Assembly (NCBI RefSeq): GCF_000014265.1
Contig: NC_008312.1
Span: forward strand, 2,640,001-2,672,000
Direction of reading: 5' to 3'
Length of the DNA stretch: 32,000 bases
Source of the DNA: Trichodesmium erythraeum IMS101
Lineage (GTDB): Bacteria > Cyanobacteriota > Cyanobacteriia > Cyanobacteriales > Microcoleaceae
Part shown: piece by piece, positions 1-8,099 of the stretch
Layout of the letters: each line of letters starts with the position of its first letter
How positions within the stretch are numbered: position 1 is the stretch's first letter
Program-made: the position numbers and the translations under genes
Notes under the pieces: model-generated
The model's input: the letters and a program-made list of their open reading frames with translations, nothing else
The model's database searches: none
What the model was told of the DNA's origin: nothing

Positions 1-86
1 AACAATAGATAATTCTAAAACCATTAAACCTTATCCACTTCCAACTTTTTAAACTCTATAGTTATCCATAGCCAACTTTGCCGTTA

Positions 87-437
87 CTAACCCTCCGTCT
101 TATTCCATTTCAGAGTAATTTCATAGTTAACCTCCGCGCTACCTGATGCAATAACAGCTCCCAGTTCACCACTCATTTTTATCCCAAACTTCACCTCTAC
201 AGCATCAGCCGGTTGATTTAAGTCCTGAACCTTTTTGATAATTGCGTTGGCCACCGGCTTAATACTAGAAAGTGCCTTTCCCAGTGTTTGTTTAGCCTGT
301 TGAGCGACCTCATCCCCAATGCCAATTAACTCCTCATCTTCATCTTCATTGCTACTGACTGGTAGCTTTTCATCCACTTCCACATAGACAAAAGACTCAT
401 CATCATCATCTAACTGAAACTTAACTAATTTTGTCAC
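87..437 (-). CDS. small trypco1-like protein (trypsin-co-occurring domain 1 / CU044_2847-like), an accessory component of NTPase/protease conflict systems
   Basis: Track ORF 87..503. An acidic linker (DDDDESF...SSNEDEDEE) is followed by the C-terminal block VEVKFGIKMSGELGAVIASGSAEVNYEITLKW, which matches my memory of the trypco1 signature. The preferred start is GTG at 437 (V23 of the track ORF), with GGGAGGA 6 nt upstream. The ATG at 503 has no Shine-Dalgarno sequence. Confidence 0.5.
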   Translation of the reverse strand: MTKLVKFQLDDDDESFVYVEVDEKLPVSSNEDEDEELIGIGDEVAQQAKQTLGKALSSIKPVANAIIKKVQDLNQPADAVEVKFGIKMSGELGAVIASGSAEVNYEITLKWNKTEG

Positions 438-795
438 TTGTATCCTCCCGTCAGTCAATTTTTTTATATTTCCATATATTCTATAACAACTCGGCAGCCA
501 CATTGAGATGTCATTTCATTTATTCTTATGTTGGTGTTAAAACTGCCCGTAAAGATAAGAGTAAAAACTAAAAAATATCCTGCCATCCCATTCAAAACAA
601 ATGGAAAAATTACTGCTATATTCGTAGCTTAATTAACTAGGATATTATAAATATTATCAACCATCAACTAGAAAGAAAAATTAGCCTCAACTGTTTACCC
701 CTCCCCCATTCCTCCATTCCCCTACTTCCCATCCTGAGAGAGACTAGGGGAACAGAACCTAATCAAAGTGCCAAATTGAAAATTTTTCGAGCTAA

Positions 796-876
796 ATAGT
801 ATACATCCTTAATATATTAGGGATAGTATACATCCTTAATATATTAGCGATAGTATACATCCTTAATATATTAGCG
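796..876. repeat. 27-bp tandem repeat x3 (atagtatacatccttaatatattagSg)
   Basis: Unit starts were read at 796, 823 and 850, and the copies differ only in the last nucleotides. The third copy overlaps the stop codon (871-873) of ORF 871..1221 and runs into a HIP1 site (874-881). Confidence 0.9.
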
Positions 877-1221
877 ATCGCATATCATCAAAATTCCAGC
901 CTCAGAACCTTGAGGAGAAATGAACCTATTACCTTCTAACGTTGTTTCAGCAATAATCTCACCAAGACCAGTTTGTCTTCTAATTAATTGAGAAGCAAAC
1001 CTGCCAATATTACAATCAATTTCCACCACCATATAGACCTGTTTCATTCCATCATCTGCCTCCTGATCGTATTGCTTTAATACTTCTGCCCTCCACAAAT
1101 TGTTGCCCAGGCCTTCAATAGTGTTCATATTTATTAACGTTGTTGCCTTAGTATTATAACCTACAGGCTCCCAATCTAAAATCCCTTGTGTAATAATAAC
1201 ACTAGCCAAAAATTCAAACAT
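871..1221 (-). CDS. hypothetical protein (116 aa), no family recognised
   Basis: An uninterrupted 116-codon ORF with ordinary, non-low-complexity composition. No clear SD, and no motif I can name. Confidence 0.45.
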   Translation of the reverse strand: MFEFLASVIITQGILDWEPVGYNTKATTLINMNTIEGLGNNLWRAEVLKQYDQEADDGMKQVYMVVEIDCNIGRFASQLIRRQTGLGEIIAETTLEGNRFISPQGSEAGILMICDR

Positions 1222-1514
1222 AAACTTTGCCTTAAATAACTAATTAAACAGACTTCCTTGAAGAACTGTTGTTAGCTTAACTCACTTTGAACTATTAGTT
1301 AAGAAGTGAATTTATCTTTTTCTCTCCCTTAACCGCTGTTATTAAGTATAAGCCCTTAAATACAAGCTGATATTTAATTATTAATGGCAAATATTTAGCT
1401 AGTATAAATAGGTGATAGGTGTAATATTAGACATAATCAATTTTCAGTAATATCAACTATATCATTAACTCCTATGACCACTATAATTTTCTTCTTACTG
1501 TTTGACTTATAATT

Positions 1515-3740
1515 TTACTGAACCCCTTGCCACAACCCTTTAATTTCTCCCAAAACAGATGGTTGTGGTGCAGCCACAGTATAAACTTGCAGATTAACCT
1601 GAGCGCCAGGAATATTCTGATTCCAAGAAATATTTGCAACTGAGAGCAAATCAATATTGCACAAATACTTTTTGTTTTTCTGGTTGAGTTAAGAAATCTA
1701 CAAACTTATCAGCAGCAGTAGCAGTCGCTTTATTTATATCCCCTTGTACGTTCGCAGCTGTTGTTAAAGTTTCTACAGTCGGGTTGAGATCATAAACTTG
1801 ATAAGGTTTATTCTGAGAAGCTCCCGACAGTTGCCAACCTTAAAGAGCTATACCTTCATAAACTGTTGCTACATCTGCATCATTAGGACCAGGAGCAATA
1901 AACTCTTGAACAACATATAAGTGGAACGGAGTCGCAAATAAACTGACCATTTGACCTTACTGAATAATGATTCAACGGCAGGTGTATTCAAAAAAAAATC
2001 ATTTTTTTGATAACATCCATCAATTCATAGTTAGTTACCCACTATTGAAACGAGTGTTGTCAGTGGTGACGAAATCAAAACCACCCCACTGCTGTTTACC
2101 ACCAATTTTTTTGCCAGTTCCCTGCTATCATTGCTATTTCTAATTTTTGCCAGTCAAACTTGCTATTGGGAAACAAAATTTTTCCTCCTTCTGACCAAGC
2201 AATACCTACTAGGAAAGTTTTAGCGATCGCTGTTCACTGTTAATAGAAAGCTTCCCTATATTGTTCCTCCTTCTGACCAAGCAATACCTGCTAGGAAAGT
2301 TTTAGCGATCGCTGTTCACTGTTAATAGAAAGCTTCCCTATTATTTTGGCTTTGCTAACATTGGTTTAATTCATCTAATAACTCTCCATTTGCTGGAATT
2401 AAAACATTAGGATTAAATTCATTTTTTTATCCATATAATTATTGATAATATCCCGAGAACCTTGAATTAAAATTTCAAGTTTAAGATTGGTTTTTTTTCC
2501 TCAAATATAGTTTCTAATTCTTGGATTAGTTCAGCAATTTATGTACCACTAACTATGATAAATTTTTGATTTAACCCGATAATTTGTACGTATAATAAAA
2601 CTTATCAATTTAATTTTAAGAAGTTAGGAAAGTTTTAGCGATCGCTGTTCACTGTTAATAGAAAGCTTCCCTATATTTTTCCTCCTTCTGACCAAGCAAT
2701 ACCTGCTAGGAAAGTTTTAGCGATCGCTGTTCGCTGTTGATAGAAAGCTTCCCTATATTGTTCCTCCTTCTGACCAAGCAATACCTACTAGGAAAGTTTT
2801 AGCGATCGCTGTTCACTGTTAATAGAAAGCTTCCCTATTATTTTGGCTTTGCTAACATTGGTTTAATTCATCTAATAACTCTCCATTTGCTGGAATTAAA
2901 ACATTAGGATTAAAATCATTTTTTTATCCATATAATTATTGATAATATCCCGAGAACCTTGAATTAAAATTTCAAGTTTAAGATTAGTTTTTTTTCCTAA
3001 AATATAGTTTCTAATTGTTGAATTAGTTCAGCAATTTATGTACCACTAACTATGATAAATTTTTGATTTAACCCGATAATTTGTACGTATAATAAAACTT
3101 ATCAATTTAATTTTAAGAAGTTAGGAAAGTTTTAGCGATCGCTGTTCGCTGTTGATAGAAAGCTTCCCTATATTGTTCCTCCTTCTGACCAAGCAATACC
3201 TGCTAGGAAAATTTTAGCGATCGCTGTTCACTGTTAATAGAAAGCTTCCCTATATTGTTCCTCCTTCTGACCAAGCAATACCTGCTAGGAAAGTTTTAGC
3301 GATCGCTGTTCACTGTTAATAGAAAGCTTCCCTATTATTTTGGCTTTGCTAACATTGGTTTAATTCATCTAATAACTCTCCATTTGCTGGAATTAAAACA
3401 TTAGGATTAAATTCATTTTTTTATCCATATAATTATTTATAATATCCCGAGAACCTTGAATTAAAATTTCAAGTTTAAGATTGGGTTTTTTTCCTCAAAT
3501 ATAGTTTCTAATTCTTGGATTAGTTCAGCAATTTATGTACCACTAACTATGATAATTTTTTGATTTAACCCGATAATTTGTACGTATAATAAAACTTATC
3601 AATTTAATTTTAAGAAGTGCGGAATATTGGTTTATATATAGCCTATATAACCACACCAAACCAAGACCACCCAGCAATATCGCTTCTTGAAATTGGAATT
3701 ATCTGATAACCTATGCCATACTTTGCCGACCTACTACCAG
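1515..3740 (-). pseudogene. decayed periplasmic/extracellular solute-binding-protein-like gene, disrupted by stops, frameshifts and internal tandem duplications
   Basis: The minus-strand translation gives recognisable pieces in shifting frames. These include FKKRYCWVVLVWCGYIGYI (N-terminal TM-like, ~3640-3700) and LKLEILIQGSRDIINNY...NPNVLIPANGELLDELN. Further pieces are IAKTFLAGIAWSEGGKILFPNSKFDWQK, GGKQQWGGFDFVTTDNTRFNSG, and FATPFHLYVVQEFIAPGPNDADVATVYEGIAL*GWQLSGASQNKPYQVYDLNP. The last piece is VANISWNQNIPGAQVNLQVYTVAAPQPSVLGEIKGLWQGVQ*, with the stop at 1515-1517. There is an in-frame TAA at 1840-1842 (complement). The 5' boundary is approximate. Confidence 0.65.
2182..3618. repeat. nested tandem array: eight 82-bp units grouped 2+3+3, embedded in three ~497-bp higher-order units
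   Basis: The marker taggaaag occurs at 2210, 2292, 2625, 2707, 2789, 3122, 3204 and 3286 (spacings 82, 333, 82, 82, 333, 82, 82). Each 82-bp unit contains a HIP1 site. A 251-bp segment (tattttggctttgctaacattgg...aattttaagaagt) follows each cluster, and the array ends at 3618. Copies are near-identical, with variants such as cactgttaatag vs cgctgttgatag. Confidence 0.95.
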
Positions 3741-3844
3741 ATATTTAGGAAAGTAAATTAAATAAAACCGGAAATTTGTAGTTTGTACTTAGGAAAATCA
3801 TTGGGGGGAATTAACTTTCTTTAGTTTTATTTTGTTTTCATTCC

Positions 3845-5032
3845 TTATCCTGTTTGTCCGAATCTTTCTAAAGATGAAGATGAATACATTGATGTTGAAT
3901 CATTAATAATACTTAAAATATCCCAAGCCACCCTTGACCAACTGTAATATAGCTCCGCTAGCTCACGCCCTCTTTTCCCCATTTCTTCTCTCTTGTTTGG
4001 CATAGACAACAAATAATCTATACAATCTGCAAATGCACCCGAATTTTCATAGTCTGTGATCACAATACCATTCTTACCAGGAATAATTACTTCCGGGTTT
4101 CCTCCCCTACCAGTAGTTATAGTACATAACCCAGTTGCCATAGCCTCATAATGCACCCTAGCTAGAGGCTCTTCCCATTGAGATGCACATACAAATACAT
4201 CACCTAATAAGAAATAATCTGCAACTTCATATGGGGGAATAAAACCAGTCATCTGAACTGCTCCTCCCAATTGTTCAGCCTTGACCTTAATTTCACGGAC
4301 ATAATCGTTTTCCTCATTATTACCATACCATTTACTACCCACTAGCAATAATACAGCAGATGGGTGTTTCTTGATAACTTTGGTCATAGCAGATATCAAC
4401 AAATGAGGCCCTTTTTTATCTGTTAACCTGCCCACATAAAGGATCACTTGTTTATCTTCTAAACCCAGAGCCGCCAACTTTTCTTTTCGTTTCCCTTCTA
4501 ATCCTTCTATCCACCTAGGCTGAAAGAGCTTTAGGTCTACTCCTGCATATACAGGTGTTAACTTATGTTCATATCCTGGAAATAATTTAGCTATTCCATC
4601 AGCAATAAACTTACTAACTGTCACCACTTTTTCCACTCGTTCCAAACATAGAATTGCTTCTTCAGGTTCAATCTTCTTAGCATGGAACATTTCATTGTGC
4701 ATACTCAGTATAAAACGACTGTTTGGTGCAACTTCAGCCACCATTGGTAAATACTTAGGACGATTGTAAATTACTATCCAATCAAACTCTCGTCCTGCTA
4801 CAAAATTGGTTACAGCGTGATAGTATTCCTCTGAAGTTTTTCTACTAGAACGTTTATAGAGAATATTGTCCCTAATTTCCTGATCTGGTAGTTCTGGATC
4901 AGCTACAGAGAATACTGTAACTTCATGATCTCGCTTCAGGAAAGGTAGAATACCATCTATATATGTCTGAATAGCCCCGCCTCGGATACAAGGCACTGGC
5001 AATTTTTCTGTGCAGACTAGTAGTATTTTCAC
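3845..5032 (-). CDS. glycosyltransferase family 4 (GT-B, group 1)
   Basis: 395-aa ORF. It has an N-terminal MKILLVCTE...GGAIQTY GT4 donor-fold start and a C-terminal E-x7-E motif (EEPLARVHYEAMATG) followed by GGNPEVI. Confidence 0.85.
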   Translation of the reverse strand: MKILLVCTEKLPVPCIRGGAIQTYIDGILPFLKRDHEVTVFSVADPELPDQEIRDNILYKRSSRKTSEEYYHAVTNFVAGREFDWIVIYNRPKYLPMVAEVAPNSRFILSMHNEMFHAKKIEPEEAILCLERVEKVVTVSKFIADGIAKLFPGYEHKLTPVYAGVDLKLFQPRWIEGLEGKRKEKLAALGLEDKQVILYVGRLTDKKGPHLLISAMTKVIKKHPSAVLLLVGSKWYGNNEENDYVREIKVKAEQLGGAVQMTGFIPPYEVADYFLLGDVFVCASQWEEPLARVHYEAMATGLCTITTGRGGNPEVIIPGKNGIVITDYENSGAFADCIDYLLSMPNKREEMGKRGRELAELYYSWSRVAWDILSIINDSTSMYSSSSLERFGQTG

Positions 5033-5159
5033 GTTATCAATTTTAATTCAATAAGTCATTCATAAGTATAAAGCATTTTAAAATATTTTTTATGATAGAA
5101 TAAATCTAAATAATCGTATTATTTTTTTTCAATGTAATACTCATGATTAATAGGTTTAT

Positions 5160-5300
5160 GGATCCAAATAAATATGTTATCTCATGTACCCCTGAATACT
5201 TATACTTTGGAGGATGTTTCCAGAGGACAGAAGGAAATTCTGCTAAAGGGTTTCTGCCAACTGTCACTTAATTTCATACACAAACGATGCTACCGGACAT
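5160..5300 (-). pseudogene. short gene relic, paralogous to the relic at 8100-8450
   Basis: Minus-strand reading SIVCV*N*VTVGRNPLAEFPSVLW aligns with IIVCVKNQVTTGRNYPAFYVLSF from 8161-8250. The two share the 12-mer acacaaacgatg (5277-5288 and 8225-8236). It contains in-frame stops. Confidence 0.3.
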
Positions 5301-5829
5301 AATATTAATCACTATTAAGTAGGAGGCAAGAACAACAAGATCAGATCTTGCTGAATAAACTACATAATTATTTAGGATTTAAGTTGCGCGTCTAATGATA
5401 ATTCAATAAGGATAACTCAAGGCCTACATAGGTTAAATCTAAGCCACCTCAAACTACCAAGTTTTCCCGTAGCAGAAACAAGTGCCGCAGTAATATCACA
5501 ACCTTCATGGAAAAAAACTAGAGAAATAACATATTCAAGAAAAAAAAGCAAAAACTCACCCCAAGAAGGGCGAGGCTTTAAACCAAATTTTTTGGTAATA
5601 CTTTATATCGGAATTGGTACTTTCTTAAATTCTTAGTGTTACAGTGGTAAAGAAATAGAATACTTAAGCATTTTCAAAAAAACGTTTTTCTTTGATCATC
5701 TCTTCAACGGGAGAATAGTCTTCTCAATTTATACGACAAATACGACAAAGAAGAATACCAAACCTTCACCATGATAGCAAGGCTTGATATTCTCTCATTT
5801 TCTTAGTTACTTAGTCTAACAATGTTTAC

Positions 5830-6021
5830 CTACTTACTCTTTTTTCTAACAACTACAATTACAGGTTGTGCATCTTCTGGTGTCTGACCTTCTTCCTTTA
5901 GTCCTTTCAGCACTTGATTTACACGCCTCATTATCTTACCATTGCCATCATACAAATCACGAATATCTTCCCTCTTTGTCCCTTCCATTTCCAGAATAAT
6001 GGTGTTGGCCTTTTGCTTCAT
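5830..6021 (-). CDS. small Lys-tailed protein (63 aa), paralog 1, unknown family
   Basis: ATG preceded by TTAAGGAG with 8-nt spacing. It aligns with the 78-aa paralog (xIILExxG...DIxDL..G.GK...R..Q....L.E.G...E..QP(V/I)IVV.KK.K). Confidence 0.7.
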   Translation of the reverse strand: MKQKANTIILEMEGTKREDIRDLYDGNGKIMRRVNQVLKGLKEEGQTPEDAQPVIVVVRKKSK

Positions 6022-6101
6022 TTGATTTCTCCTTAATTTTTACTATTTGTATTGCCTTGCAACATTCAAACTACTCAAAACTAACACCCAAATTATCTAC
6101 C

Positions 6102-6182
6102 TTAAATCTGTATGACATCAACAGTTAAAGTAATAGCTATTGTAGGTGATCTCTTGCTAAGAGCAACAAGAACCATAGACAT
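6102..6182 (-). CDS. candidate 26-codon upstream ORF in the leader of paralog 1 (MSMVLVALSKRSPTIAITLTVDVIQI)
   Basis: ATG at 6182-6180 and TAA at 6104-6102. The same frame and length are conserved in the second cassette. There is no SD, so this could equally be a non-coding conserved element. Confidence 0.25.
   Translation of the reverse strand: MSMVLVALSKRSPTIAITLTVDVIQI
6117..6173. repeat. copy 1 of a ~55-nt conserved element (atcaacagttaaagtNatagctatNgtagg..ctcttgctaagagcaac)
   Basis: It contains the palindromes ATAGCTAT and CTCTT-GCT-AAGAG. It is repeated at 6694 and 6900. Confidence 0.8.
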
Positions 6183-6359
6183 AGTTCAAGTTTTCAAGAT
6201 CGTATCTTAATTCTAATCGTTCTACTAAACTTACCAAAACTTACTCATACATGGTTATAGGAGTGTAGTAAAGAAATAGAATACTTAAGCATTTTCAAAG
6301 ACACGTTTTCCTTTTATGATTTCTTCAATGAAGGAAGACTTGATGGAATTATCGTGTAC

Positions 6360-6596
6360 TTAATCAAAAAGACCCCTTTTCTTCTTTTTCTTCTTGGTGA
6401 CTACTATTATAGGTTGTATATTCTCGCCTACGTCACCTTGTTCTTGCAGTTGTGCTATTATCTGTTCTATCCTTTTAAATAACTTGCCCTCGCCTCTTCT
6501 CAAATCACTGATATCATCACTGTCAGCCCCCCCGAACTCAAGCACAACGGGGTTTCTATATTGCTTTCTTTCGGAACTATCACTAGTCATCACCAT
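6360..6596 (-). CDS. small Lys-tailed protein (78 aa), paralog 2, unknown family
   Basis: ATG at 6596 preceded by TTAAGGAG with 11-nt spacing. About 25 of 58 aligned residues are identical to paralog 1. The C-terminus reads QPIIVVTKKKKKKRGLFD. Confidence 0.7.
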   Translation of the reverse strand: MVMTSDSSERKQYRNPVVLEFGGADSDDISDLRRGEGKLFKRIEQIIAQLQEQGDVGENIQPIIVVTKKKKKKRGLFD

Positions 6597-6679
6597 TTTT
6601 TTCGTTCTCCTTAATTTTTACTATTTGTATTGCTTTGCAACATTTAGCCTACTCAAAACCAACACCCAAATTATTTACC

Positions 6680-6760
6680 TTAAATCTGTATGACATTAAC
6701 AGTTAAAGTGATAGCTATTGTAGGCGCTATCTTGCTAAGAGCAACAAGAACTATAGACAT
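6680..6760 (-). CDS. candidate 26-codon upstream ORF in the leader of paralog 2 (MSIVLVALSKIAPTIAITLTVNVIQI)
   Basis: Same position, length and frame as 6102..6182. It has 4 aa differences, and of ~7 nt changes about 2 are synonymous. Confidence 0.25.
   Translation of the reverse strand: MSIVLVALSKIAPTIAITLTVNVIQI
6694..6750. repeat. copy 2 of the ~55-nt conserved element
   Basis: cattaacagttaaagtgatagctattgtaggcgctatcttgctaagagcaacaagaac. Confidence 0.8.
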
Positions 6761-6899
6761 AGTTCAAATTTTCAAGATCATGTTTTAATTATAGCCGTTT
6801 TACTAAACTTGCCAAAACCCTATAATATATGGTTATGCAAGTTTTGAAATTAGCTTACTGTTTCAGCGAAGATCACCCAAGTATTCGTACAACAAAGCC

Positions 6900-6950
6900 C
6901 ATCAACAGTTAAAGTCATAGCTATGTTAGTCGCTCTCCTTGAAGGAGCAA
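6900..6950. repeat. copy 3 of the ~55-nt conserved element (diverged)
   Basis: catcaacagttaaagtcatagctatgttagtcgctctccttgaaggagcaa. ATAGCTAT is retained. The second palindrome is changed to CTCCTT-G-AAGGAG but stays palindromic. The element directly abuts the stop (6951-6953) of the third ORF. Confidence 0.75.
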
Positions 6951-7265
6951 CTAAAGTGGCTCTATAAGAACAGCCCTCAAACTCTTTCCTTGTTTTTTCT
7001 TTTTCTTTTTCGGCTTGCGAGTAGAATTTACACCATTCCGGTCTTTAGGAGAATATCCATAGATAGTTTTTGGTGTACCACCAAAACCCCCTTCACTCTC
7101 CAAGATAGTAATAGATTTTGTTTTTTCTTTTTTGGATATTTTTTCTATCTTTTCAGGAGGCTCTCCATCAAGATGAAAAGTTTTTGGTTTACCACCAAAA
7201 TCATCTTCACTGTCCAAGACAGTGACAATAATAGATTTTATTTTTTTCTTCTTTTGTTTTTTGTT
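6951..7265 (-). pseudogene. degenerate or atypical third member of the Lys-rich small-protein family, internally duplicated, no ATG/GTG start
   Basis: Open frame NKKQKKKKIKSIIVTVLDSEDDFGGKPKTFHLDGEPPEKIEKISKKEKTKSITILESEGGFGGTPKTIYGYSPKDRNGVNSTRKPKKKKKKQGKSLRAVLIEPL*. It has two ~108-bp modules (about 7064-7135 and 7172-7250). The only start candidate is TTG at 7217, without an SD. Confidence 0.35.
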
Positions 7266-7339
7266 TTAACTCCAATTCTATAATCTCATAAAAGCAGATA
7301 ATTTTTCCATTTTTCTTAGTAAATTTAATTTTTTATATA

Positions 7340-7800
7340 GAATTCATTTAGTGTAGATGCTGTACTTTATTAGCCAATTATGGATATGAGGAAAGCTTTT
7401 GACAAAGTAGAAAATCTCCAATAGTTAATCTAGTTTTAACCCAAATTCGGGCAGAAATGGGTAAACGAGAATTAGATAAAACTTTTACAGCTCGTCAAAA
7501 AATTAATGAGGCATTACTAAGAGAATGAGATATTGCTACTCATCCTTGGGAAGTGAAAGTCACGAGGGTAGAGTTAGGAGATATTACCCCATCAAAAGTA
7601 GTACAAGATTCTATGGAATTATAGATGACTGCACGAAAAAACAGGGAGCAATTTTAACTTCAGCAGGGGAAAGAGATTCTGCAAATAACTCTGCTAGGGG
7701 TAAGGCAGAATCACCAATTATTTACGCCCAAGCTCATTAAAAAGCAACGGTTTTAGAAGCAGCAGCACAACAAAAGGTAAATGACTAAGCAAGTCAAAGT
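7340..7800 (+). pseudogene. SPFH/band-7 (stomatin/HflC-like) gene fragment, 5'-truncated, with stops and frameshifts
   Basis: It reads [22 protein letters not shown], then [66 protein letters not shown], then after a frameshift AILTSAGERDSANNSARGKAE. The in-frame TGA is at 7526-7528 and the TAG at 7622-7624. Track ORF 7525..7740 is one frame of this relic. Confidence 0.75.
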
Positions 7801-8099
7801 TTTAGCCTTGAAAAATCTTAGTGCATGACTGTTGACTTCCTCCTTTGGGGAATGCTGATTTTTAAATTTCGTGAAAAAATATTAGACCTCTGGTAAAAAT
7901 CTCTAATAAAATCAATTCTTATCCACACACAAATTATTAATTAATTCTCCCTATTACCTATTTTCTCTTTTGGGGGAAATATCAATTTTATTAACTATTA
8001 TCTAGACTCTATTTTAGCAAATATTCTAGTCAATTATTTAGCATTCATGATGCATCACGCCCCATCTAAAAATTAGTTCCCTAAAATTACCCCCCGTGC

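Larger units (their letters stand above)
5647..6890. repeat. tandem duplication of a small-gene cassette (trailer + CDS + ~240-nt leader), two full copies
   Basis: gtaaagaaatagaatacttaagcattttcaaa is identical at 5647 and 6268. The leaders at 6030-6215 and 6605-6795 align with about 16 mismatches in ~187 nt. The CDSs between them are far more diverged. Confidence 0.9.

Noticed and set aside
438-503. N-terminal 22 codons of track ORF 87..503 (MWLPSCYRIYGNIKKLTDGRIQ)
   Set aside because: There is no SD before the ATG at 503, whereas a GGGAGGA lies 6 nt before the in-frame GTG at 437. The extension is not family-like.
2182-3618. Possible CRISPR array (many regularly spaced repeats with HIP1 cores)
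   Set aside because: The 82-bp units are directly adjacent with no unique spacers. The intervening 251-bp segments are themselves identical copies. The whole array translates as fragments of a solute-binding-protein gene, so this is tandem duplication, not CRISPR.
6394-7283. Plus-strand ORFs 6394..6693 and 6939..7283 (Phe/Leu/Ser-rich)
   Set aside because: They are antisense shadows of the Lys/Glu-rich minus-strand genes, with low-complexity composition and no SD.
7525-7740. 71-aa ORF as an independent gene
   Set aside because: Its second half (AILTSAGERDSANNSARGKAE) is simply one frame of the SPFH pseudogene, and the first half is out-of-frame read-through.
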